In this document: in pieces, positions 1-7,482 of the stretch | How the letters are laid out: each line of letters starts with the position of its first letter | Numbering within the stretch: the stretch's first letter is position 1 | NCBI GenBank assembly: GCA_963783375.1 | Contig: CAWANH010000029.1 | Coordinates: 928,001-992,000 of the forward strand | DNA: 64,000 nt | Direction: 5' to 3' | DNA from: Candidatus Eiseniibacteriota bacterium | GTDB lineage: Bacteria; Eisenbacteria; RBG-16-71-46; JABDJR01 | Position numbers and translations under genes: made by a program | The notes under the pieces: model-generated | Databases searched by the model: none | The model's input: the letters and a program-made list of their open reading frames with translations, nothing else | Told to the model about the DNA's origin: nothing

Positions 1-785
1 CGGATCAACCGCGCGGCGGGAACGCGGCTCGGGTCGGCGGTGAACATGCCGTGGACATCGGTCCAGATCTCGAGGAACTCGGCCCCCAGACGCGCGGCGA
101 AGAGGGCGGCCGAGGTGTCGCTTCCCCCCCGACCCAGTAGGCACGTCTCCCCCTGATCGGTGCGCGCGAGAAACCCCTGGGTGATGACCACCCGCGCACC
201 GCCGGCCACGCGCTCCATCGGGCCGGGGTCGCGCTCGGCGGGCACGTCGGCATCCAGGTAGCGCGCCTCGTCGGATTCCATGGACCGGGGCGCGCTCACC
301 ATGATCTCGGTGGCGTCGAGCCAGGCCGCGTTCACCCCCCGGGCGGCCAGAAGCGCCGCCCCCAACCGGCTCGACGCCCGCTCCCCCATGGCCATCACGC
401 GGGCGGTGAGACGCGGGGGCGTCTCCCCGGTCAAACGAATCCCGTCCAGGAGCCGGGCAAGCTCATCCCACAGAGCCGCCAGTTCGGGAACGTCGGATTC
501 GAGGCCGCCTGCCGACCCCAACGCCCGGTGAAGCTCGCGAAGCTCATCAGGCGCGGTGACAGTCTTTCCCTGCCGGGCCTCGGCCACCGCGCGCTCCAGA
601 CGGTCGGTGACGGTGGCCAGAGCCGACACCACCGCGCAGACCCGGTGTTCGGGGGTGAGTGCCCGAACCCGTTCGGCGATCCGGTCCCATCCGGTCGCCG
701 TAGCCACCGAGGTGCCGCCGTACTTGAGCACGACCCAGGTGGAACCCTTGGACAGGTTGTCGGACATGGCGCTGTGATCCGTCAT
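1..785 (-). CDS. lysC: Aspartate kinase, N-terminal part (runs off window edge; possibly bifunctional AK/DAP decarboxylase)
   Basis: Manual translation (absent from ORF track): MTDHSAMSDNLSKGSTWVVLKYGGTSV...VVSALA...TQGFLART...LLGRGGSDTSAA...EIWTDVHGMFTADP, classic aspartokinase motifs. Confidence 0.9.
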   Translation of the reverse strand, partial: MTDHSAMSDNLSKGSTWVVLKYGGTSVATATGWDRIAERVRALTPEHRVCAVVSALATVTDRLERAVAEARQGKTVTAPDELRELHRALGSAGGLESDVPELAALWDELARLLDGIRLTGETPPRLTARVMAMGERASSRLGAALLAARGVNAAWLDATEIMVSAPRSMESDEARYLDADVPAERDPGPMERVAGGARVVITQGFLARTDQGETCLLGRGGSDTSAALFAARLGAEFLEIWTDVHGMFTADPSRVPAARLI

Positions 786-967
786 GCAGGGGATGCCTCC
801 TCGAACCGCTGACTATAACCCAGGAGCCTGCGGCGTCGAGGGGACGGCGTGGTTTCGATCGGGGGCGCGGCGCGAGGGCGCGGAAGATGCGCGGGGGCGG
901 CGGGAAACGACAGGCGGAACCGCCCGGTGAGCGGTCCCGCCCGTTCATGCGGATCGGCACGGAGAGA

Positions 968-1402
968 TCAGATGCCGGTGATGACCGGCGCGTCCGCGCT
1001 CGCGTACATGTCGGGAACGGTCATCACCAGGGTGATCCCGGAAAGCTTGCCCTTCCCGGTTGCGGTGATCACCAGTGGGTTCGAGTCGGCGGGTTGGCCG
1101 CCGCCCGAGGAGATCTGATAGGTGAAGTTCTCGGAATCGGCCATGTCCATCAGGCCGAACTCCCCGGCCACCGGCGGCCAGGTGGGGGTTCCATTCAATG
1201 CCGCGTGTTCCTGGGAGAACGCCTTCGCCGCGGTGATCATCTCCCCCATGCGGGACTGGGCCTCGGTGACCCGGGTCCGCCGTACGTAGCTCCCGTAGAT
1301 CGGAACCGCGATACCGGCCAGAACCCCCACCACGACGGTCACCACCATGAGCTCGATGATGGTGAAGCCAGCCTTGGAGCGGAGCGGATGGTGTCGTTGC
1401 AT
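968..1402 (-). CDS. Type IV pilin / prepilin-type protein
   Basis: Class III signal G|FTIIELMVVTVVVGVLAGIAVP followed by pilin helix. Confidence 0.9.
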   Translation of the reverse strand: MQRHHPLRSKAGFTIIELMVVTVVVGVLAGIAVPIYGSYVRRTRVTEAQSRMGEMITAAKAFSQEHAALNGTPTWPPVAGEFGLMDMADSENFTYQISSGGGQPADSNPLVITATGKGKLSGITLVMTVPDMYASADAPVITGI

Positions 1403-1649
1403 CGAAAGCCTCCTTGAAGAGGACCGTTCCCATCGCCTGGTGGACCGACCTTCGGCGGCGCTTCGCCCGGGAACCTGGGCGATCTCTCACACTCAGGGGG
1501 GATTCGCCCCAGAACATCCGAGGACCGTGGTGCCGCCCCGCAGCGGACACTCCCGCCGAATTGGCTGTCGCTTGGCCCGTTGGCGTCGGGTGGACCCCCA
1601 CGGGCCCCGCCGCCCGCACCCCGGACCGGCACCGATGGACTCCAGAAGA

Positions 1650-1665
1650 TGCAAAGCCCGGACCA
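1650..1665 (-). promoter_or_regulatory. Putative sigma54 (-24/-12) promoter for the pilin
   Basis: Minus strand TGGTCCGGGCTTTGCA = GG-N10-GC, ~250 bp upstream of the pilin ATG; pilins are often RpoN-dependent. Confidence 0.5.
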
Positions 1666-1750
1666 ACCGGGTCGGATTCGGACTCCAAGGCGGCGGGCCG
1701 GGCCACATCGGAGTCGGGCCGCGCCAGAGGAGGAGATAGGGAGGAAAGAA

Positions 1751-1828
1751 TGGTGTCCCCAACGGGATTTGAACCCGTGTCGCCAGCGTGAAAGGCTGGT
1801 GTCCTAGACCAGACTAGACGATGGGGAC
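1751..1828 (-). tRNA. tRNA-Glu (TTC)
   Basis: GTCCCCATCGTCTAG...CCAGC-CTTTCAC-GCTGG...GGTTCAAATCC...GGGGACACCA cloverleaf with encoded CCA. Confidence 0.97.
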
Positions 1829-1890
1829 CCGAATCGAGGCCGCTCCGACGTCCAAGCCGCGTCGGAGGCGCAGGCAAAAACCGGTCGCAG

Positions 1891-1920
1891 AAGGTACCAG
1901 GATACAAAGTCGAGGGTCAA
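1891..1920 (-). promoter_or_regulatory. Putative sigma70 promoter of tRNA-Glu
   Basis: TTGACC-N18-TACCTT with TG extension. Confidence 0.45.
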
Positions 1921-2023
1921 CCGGCGCCCACGACCCGCGGGCGCCTCCGCGTCCCTGCCGTCCCCGCATCACAATATCCAACAGGCTTGCGCTGTGTGCG
2001 AGAAACGCCGGGGAGAACCGCTG

Positions 2024-2054
2024 AAAAAAAAAGGCCGGGGGGTGATCCCCGGCC
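2024..2054 (-). terminator. Rho-independent terminator
   Basis: GGCCGGGG/CCCCGGCC hairpin followed by T9 on the minus strand. Confidence 0.85.
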
Positions 2055-2229
2055 CCGCCTCAAGCTGGAGCCGGGCGTAGGCACCCGGCTGGAGGGCAAC
2101 CAGCCTGAAGACTGATTCGTGCTCTAGGGCACGACCTCTTGACAAGGGTAACCGGCCAGTCCCACGAGGGATGAGCAAGGGCCGCGTCTGAGCGCAGCCA
2201 GCTTACACAGGGACACAGCCAAGCCACCG
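2024..2229 (-). ncRNA. Unassigned structured ncRNA (~200 nt; 6S-sized)
   Basis: Bounded by extended -10 (TGGTATAAT) and terminator; closing helix AAGCTGG/CCAGCTT, inner helix GGGACTGG/TCAGTCTT and several hairpins; no credible ORF. Confidence 0.6.
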
Positions 2230-2235
2230 AGCATC

Positions 2236-2263
2236 ATTATACCAGCCCCCCCCCCGCCGTCAC
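2236..2263 (-). promoter_or_regulatory. Sigma70 promoter for the ncRNA
   Basis: GTGACG-N16-TATAAT with TG extension (spacer contains a G run). Confidence 0.65.
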
Positions 2264-2276
2264 CCAAAATTTCCGC

Positions 2277-2888
2277 TTACTGGAGACGCCGGACAAGCCC
2301 AACCACTTTTCCAACAATTTTCAGATCTTTCGGATTCCTCACCACGATGGGGTCCATGGTCTGGTTGGCCGGAAGAAGCCGAACCCTATCTGCTTTCTTT
2401 TCAAAGCGTTTGACGGTCGCCTCGTCCTCGATCATCGCGACCACGATGTCCCCGTTGACTGCCTGCTCCTGGGGCCGGACCACGATGTAGTCTCCGGGGC
2501 AGATGTGTTCCTCGATCATGCTCTCACCCTGGACCTCCAGCAGGAAGTTCCCGTCTCCGCGGAGGAGGGAGGCGTCCAGGGTGAGCCGCTCGGCGATGTT
2601 CTCCACCGCGAGAAGGGGCGCCCCGGCGGCAATCCTCCCCACCAGGGGGACGCTCTGGCCGGAGGCGCTGGGCCGACTTCCGATGATCTCGATTCCCCTG
2701 GACCGGTCGCGGGTCCGGGCGATGAACCCCTTCCGCTCGAGGGCCAGGAGATGGTCCGAGGCGGCCCGGGTGCTCCTCATCCCAAACTCGGAGCAGATCT
2801 CGCGGAGGGTGGGGGGGTACCCGTGCTCCTCCAGATGGCGGGCCAGGTAGTCGAAAATCTCCTGCTGTCGGGCGGTCAGGCGTTGCAT
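2277..2888 (-). CDS. lexA: SOS repressor LexA
   Basis: LTARQQEIF..GYPPTLREI wHTH, cleavage site IAAG-AP, catalytic GESM and TVKR. Confidence 0.97.
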   Translation of the reverse strand: MQRLTARQQEIFDYLARHLEEHGYPPTLREICSEFGMRSTRAASDHLLALERKGFIARTRDRSRGIEIIGSRPSASGQSVPLVGRIAAGAPLLAVENIAERLTLDASLLRGDGNFLLEVQGESMIEEHICPGDYIVVRPQEQAVNGDIVVAMIEDEATVKRFEKKADRVRLLPANQTMDPIVVRNPKDLKIVGKVVGLVRRLQ

Positions 2889-3394
2889 GGGGTGCCTCCC
2901 AGAAGGGTCCGGGTCACGAGGTCGGGGGAGAACAGGTCCCCTTGGCGATCCCGCCACCTCGCCCTCTCCTCGACCGAATCTAATGCACGACCGGCCGCGG
3001 GGCCAGCATTCTTGCTCGCTTTGGCCATTGATCCCCGCACCGCGTCCTTCACGTCCGTCTGGGCCGACACGCCCGGGGAGGCGGCCGCCGGTGGAGCGGG
3101 AGCGGCTTTCGGGACCCGCCCGACGGCCAGGGCCAGGAGAAAGCTCCTGGGCCAGAGATCTCCGGCCTCGGTGGCCACCGCGGGTCCCAGGGCGACCGCC
3201 CGGCGAAGAAGTCCGAGCCGTCGCTCCTGAACGAACTCGCTCCACTCGTCGGCGAACCGCCGCAGACGCTCCGCGCGAATCCGGCGGGGCACGCTGCGAC
3301 ATGCCTTCTGGAGCTCCCCCACCAGGACCCGCCGTAGCGCGTACGCCTCCTGACGGGATCGGACTTCAGACCATTCCCTGTTCACCGCGATCAT
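2876..3394 (-). CDS. Hypothetical protein coupled to lexA, with QGDLF motif
   Basis: AAAGGGGG RBS before ATG, stop codon overlaps the lexA 5' end, helical N-terminus, QGDLF near C-terminus. Confidence 0.6.
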   Translation of the reverse strand: MIAVNREWSEVRSRQEAYALRRVLVGELQKACRSVPRRIRAERLRRFADEWSEFVQERRLGLLRRAVALGPAVATEAGDLWPRSFLLALAVGRVPKAAPAPPAAASPGVSAQTDVKDAVRGSMAKASKNAGPAAGRALDSVEERARWRDRQGDLFSPDLVTRTLLGGTPCNA

Positions 3395-3624
3395 GGTCGC
3401 CCCCTTTGACGGCGGGCCGCTCGCCCGCCCATCCGCGTTGGTTGACGGGTTGTCCGGGCCGCGCCCCGCCGCTGCGGCGCCGGCCCGGAACCCCGTCGTT
3501 TGCCTGCCGCGCCCCGTGGGCGCGGTCTCAAGAACAGCCCGGTCAAGGTCGGCTTCGCCCGCCTCACCCGACTTTCCCCGTCTTTTAGAGAGGACAGACA
3601 CCTTGCCGGGCTCAATCCGTTTGC

Positions 3625-3664
3625 TGTGCATATGTATACTACTCGCATGAAGCCTCGGCAAGCA
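3625..3664 (-). promoter_or_regulatory. Promoter with candidate LexA operator
   Basis: TTGCTT-N18-TAGTAT on minus strand, overlapped by imperfect palindrome TGTGC-ATAT-GTATA (3625-3638). Confidence 0.45.
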
Positions 3665-3714
3665 AAAAAGGGAGGGGACGGCAAAAAGTTTCGAACTCCC
3701 GGTCAAACAACCGT

Positions 3715-5712
3715 TTAAGGGGCGTCGAGGAAGGCTTCCAGACGCATGGAGAGCCGCTCCCATTCGGAAATCGCCCCCCCGATCTCCGCCTCCAGCTCCT
3801 TCAGCCGCCGGTGGAGCCGGCCCAGCTTCTCGGGATCGACCGCGGTCTCGGGTTCGGCCATGGCCAGGATGAGGTCCTCCTTCTCCGCCTCGAGTTCCTC
3901 GATCCGGGTCTCGGCGTCGGCCACCCGCCGGCGGAGCTTCTCCTCATCCCGCTTCCGCCGCCGCTGCTCCTCGTAGCTCCTCCGCCGCGCCTGCTTCCCG
4001 CCTGCCACGCCTTCGGCGCCGTCTCCACTCCGTTCGGCCGGGGGGGAGGGCTCCGGCGCCGGCCCCGGAGCGCCCCGCGACTTCTCCGAGGCCTCGGCGC
4101 CGGTCACGCCGCGCCGCGAGTGAGCGTAGGCCGAGTACCCACCTTCCCAGAGCCGGCTCCCCACCGCGCGAAGCTCCAGCACGTGGTCCACCACCCGATC
4201 CAGGAAGTAACGGTCGTGGCTCACCACCAGCACGGTGCCGGCATAGATTTCCAGCGCGGCTTCGAACACCTCCCGGGATTCGATGTCCAGGTGATTGGTG
4301 GGCTCATCGAGGACCAGGAAGTTGGCGCCGTGGCGCACCAGCTTGGCCAGGGCCACCCGGCTCTTCTCGCCGCCCGAAAGCTGGTTCAACGCCTTGAAGA
4401 CATCGTCGCCCCGGAAGAGGAAGCCCCCCAGAAACGACCGGATCTCGTTCTCGGTGACCTGGGGGGTGACCGACCAGACCTCATCGAGAACGGATTGGGG
4501 GCCGCGGATCCTGGTCTGCTCCTGCTCGTAGTAGCCGATCTCCACCCCCGGCCCGATCCGGAGCGTCCCCTCGGTCTGGCCCTCCTCCCCCACCAGGATC
4601 CGCACCAGGGTGCTCTTCCCCACCCCGTTGGGACCGATGAGGCCGATCTTCTGGCCGCGGATGACCGAGAACGACACGTCGGAGAAGATGCGGGCATCGC
4701 CGTAGCGCTTGGAGAGCTTCTTGGCCTCGGCCACGATCTTGGCGCTCCGCGACGGCTCGGGGAGCTTCATGTGGATGCTCGAGGCCGGCCATTCCGGGGC
4801 ATCGATGCGTTCCAGCTTCTCCAGCGCCTTCCGCCGGGACTGGGCCTGCTTGGTCTTCTGGCCGGCTAGGTTCCGGCGGATGAAGTCCTCCTGGCGGAGG
4901 ATCTCGACCCGCTGGAGCTCGTAGCGCTTGGCCTGCTCCTCGAGGCGCCGTTCGCGCTCGACCAGGAAGTCGTCGTAGTTCCCCTGGAAATGCTGGAGAC
5001 GGCGGTTCCGGATCTCCACCACCCCCCGGGCCAGCCGGTTCACGAACATCCGGTCGTGGCTGATGATGACGAAGCCGCCCTGGTAGCTCCCCAGGAACGC
5101 CTCCAGCCATTCGATGGCATCGAGATCGAGGTGGTTGGTGGGCTCGTCGAGAAGCAGGAGATCGGGATCCCTGAGGAGCACGCGGGCCAGGATGGCCCGG
5201 CTCTTCTGGCCGCCGCTGAACTCGACCAGCGGCCGGTCGAGATCCTCTTCCCGGAAGTGCAGTCCCTCCAGCACCGCCGAGACCCGCGCCTCGAAGGAGT
5301 AGCCCCCCTCGCGTTCCAGCCGCTCCTGGAGCCCGGCGTACCGGTCGAGAAGATCCCGGGTCCCCGGATCCCCCTCGCTGACCGAGCCCAGCTCCCGGGT
5401 GACCGCGTTGAACTCCGCGTGCAGTTCCTCCAGGTGCTTGAGCCCGCTTGCCGCCTCCTCGCGAAGGGTTCGGAGGTCCTCCACCCGGACTTCCTGCTCC
5501 ATGGCGGCGATCACCGCGCCGCGCCGCCGCCAGACCGTCCCCCGGTCGGGTTCGAGTTCCCCGGTCAGGAGCCGGAAGAGGGTGGTCTTCCCTGCGCCGT
5601 TCCGGCCCACCATGGCCGCGCGGGTGGTGTCCTGGATCTGCCAGTGGACACTCTCCAGGACGTCGTTCGAACCGTAGGCCTTGGACACTTCGCTGAGTTG
5701 AGCGATCAACAT
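3715..5712 (-). CDS. ABC-F family ATP-binding protein
   Basis: Two ABC domains (GRNGAGKT, FSGGQK, LLLDEPTNHLD; GPNGVGKS, LSGGEK), no TM segments, C-terminal coiled coil. Confidence 0.95.
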   Translation of the reverse strand: MLIAQLSEVSKAYGSNDVLESVHWQIQDTTRAAMVGRNGAGKTTLFRLLTGELEPDRGTVWRRRGAVIAAMEQEVRVEDLRTLREEAASGLKHLEELHAEFNAVTRELGSVSEGDPGTRDLLDRYAGLQERLEREGGYSFEARVSAVLEGLHFREEDLDRPLVEFSGGQKSRAILARVLLRDPDLLLLDEPTNHLDLDAIEWLEAFLGSYQGGFVIISHDRMFVNRLARGVVEIRNRRLQHFQGNYDDFLVERERRLEEQAKRYELQRVEILRQEDFIRRNLAGQKTKQAQSRRKALEKLERIDAPEWPASSIHMKLPEPSRSAKIVAEAKKLSKRYGDARIFSDVSFSVIRGQKIGLIGPNGVGKSTLVRILVGEEGQTEGTLRIGPGVEIGYYEQEQTRIRGPQSVLDEVWSVTPQVTENEIRSFLGGFLFRGDDVFKALNQLSGGEKSRVALAKLVRHGANFLVLDEPTNHLDIESREVFEAALEIYAGTVLVVSHDRYFLDRVVDHVLELRAVGSRLWEGGYSAYAHSRRGVTGAEASEKSRGAPGPAPEPSPPAERSGDGAEGVAGGKQARRRSYEEQRRRKRDEEKLRRRVADAETRIEELEAEKEDLILAMAEPETAVDPEKLGRLHRRLKELEAEIGGAISEWERLSMRLEAFLDAP

Positions 5713-5809
5713 GGCTTGGAGCTTCCGCGGTGAGGGTAAAACGCGGACCATCATAACCGACGCGGGACGGTGGCGGGAGCCGGTTCCGCCTGGGCGGCGG
5801 ACCTGAGGG

Positions 5810-7267
5810 TCAGGCGCGCTCGACCGTTCGTGAGGAGGTCTCCGGCGAGGTCCCGCTCCCGGGCGCCTCCGTACCGGATGGCGGGTCGGGGTCACCGTTC
5901 GGGGAGCGGCGCTCTCCCACGGGATCGACGTAGGGCAGGAAGACGGTGAACGTCGTTCCCACGCCCGCAACGCTGGTCACATCGATGTGGCCTTGGCTCT
6001 GCTTCACGATGCCGTACACCGTGGAAAGTCCGAGTCCGGTTCCCTTCTCCGCTTCCTTGGTGGTGAAGAAGGGTTCGAAGATCCGACTCATGATCTGCGG
6101 ATCGATACCGGTGCCGCTGTCCGACACCTCCAGGGTCTCGTAGCGACCGGGGGGAAGCCCGTGGGCTTCCGCCGCATTCCCATCGAGGCGCCGGCTGCCC
6201 ACCGCCATGGTGAGCGAGCCCCCGTTGGGCATGGCGTCCCGCGCGTTGACCGCGAGGTTCATGAGAACCTGTTCGATCTGGTTCCGGTCGGCGCGGATCC
6301 AGCCCGCCTCCGGCTGATGCTCGATCTTCAGTTCGACGTCCCGGCCCAGAAGCCGGGCCAGAAGCTGCTCCAGGTCCGCCACCGTCGTGTTCAGGTTCAG
6401 GTTCTCCGGTTGGAGCGGCTGGCGACGGCTGAAAGCCAGAAGCTGGCGGGTGAGCCCCGCTCCCCGCTCCACCGCGTTGTCGATCTCGGCCAGGTTCTGA
6501 TGGCCGGGATGATCCTCCCCGACCTTCCTTCGCAGGAGACGGCTGTTGCCGCCGATTGCGGTGAGGAGATTGTTGAAGTCATGGGCAACGCCGCCGGCCA
6601 GCCTTCCGATCGCCTCGAGCTTCTGGGCCTGCCGGAACTGAGCCTCCAGGAGCTTCACCTGGGTGATGTCGGAGATGAACCCCTCGATCGCCTCGAGCCG
6701 TCCCTCATCGTCGAAGACTCCCCGACCCTGCTCCAGGACCCACCTGATCTCCCCCGAAGCATTGGTGAGGCGATACACCAGTTGGAAGGGCTCGCGCCGG
6801 CCCAGGGCATCCTGGACCCGGTCCCATACCATGGCCCGGTCTTCGGAGTACACCAGGTCTCCGAAAGAGACATCGCGGTTTCCGATCAGCCGTTCGGGTT
6901 CGTAGCCGGTGATGGCCAGCGTCCCCTCGCTGGCGAACTCCATGGTCCAGTCCGGATCGTTGGCGCAGCGGTAGGCCATGCCGGACAAGTTGCTGAGCAG
7001 GGTGGCCAGGCGGCGGTTCTGCTCCCGCAACGCGTCCCGCGAGGCCTCGGCGCCCTGGAACAACCGATCCAGCACCAGGTAGAGGATGCACCCGGTGACC
7101 ATGACGTAGCCCAATCCCTTGAAGGTCTGAAGGCGGGTCAGGACGCTGGGCGAGGCAGCCAGATGCTCCAGGAACCTGTCCGAGAACAGGATCCACAACG
7201 CCGCGACGATGACATAGAGCCCGGCCACCTGAAGGGCCGGCCTCAACCGTTTGGATGTTCGGGTCAT
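5810..7267 (-). CDS. Membrane PAS sensor histidine kinase (CckA/NtrB-like)
   Basis: Two N-terminal TM helices, PAS, H-box GGVAHDFNNLL, NLAVNARDAM, DSGTGI, FEPFFTTK, GTGLGL. Confidence 0.93.
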   Translation of the reverse strand: MTRTSKRLRPALQVAGLYVIVAALWILFSDRFLEHLAASPSVLTRLQTFKGLGYVMVTGCILYLVLDRLFQGAEASRDALREQNRRLATLLSNLSGMAYRCANDPDWTMEFASEGTLAITGYEPERLIGNRDVSFGDLVYSEDRAMVWDRVQDALGRREPFQLVYRLTNASGEIRWVLEQGRGVFDDEGRLEAIEGFISDITQVKLLEAQFRQAQKLEAIGRLAGGVAHDFNNLLTAIGGNSRLLRRKVGEDHPGHQNLAEIDNAVERGAGLTRQLLAFSRRQPLQPENLNLNTTVADLEQLLARLLGRDVELKIEHQPEAGWIRADRNQIEQVLMNLAVNARDAMPNGGSLTMAVGSRRLDGNAAEAHGLPPGRYETLEVSDSGTGIDPQIMSRIFEPFFTTKEAEKGTGLGLSTVYGIVKQSQGHIDVTSVAGVGTTFTVFLPYVDPVGERRSPNGDPDPPSGTEAPGSGTSPETSSRTVERA

Positions 7268-7482
7268 GACCTCACCGGCGGCCCTGAGGGGTGAGCCGCG
7301 GCACGCTGGAATCTCGCATAGGGTCGGAAGGACGGAATTCTCGCGTGCTGGTGTGTACGTGGTGTGGGCCGAATTCCAGTCCCGATCTGAAGATCGGCCC
7401 CAGGCGAGACCGACCTTAGATTTCACTCAGGTTGGATTCTAGCAGGTCCGGCTTGTGCAACCCCCCGCTAATCGGGTCGAGG

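Noticed and set aside
1403-1650. c-di-GMP (GEMM) riboswitch upstream of the pilin
   Set aside because: Could not find the GGCAAA/GAAA/GCAAAGC core arrangement.
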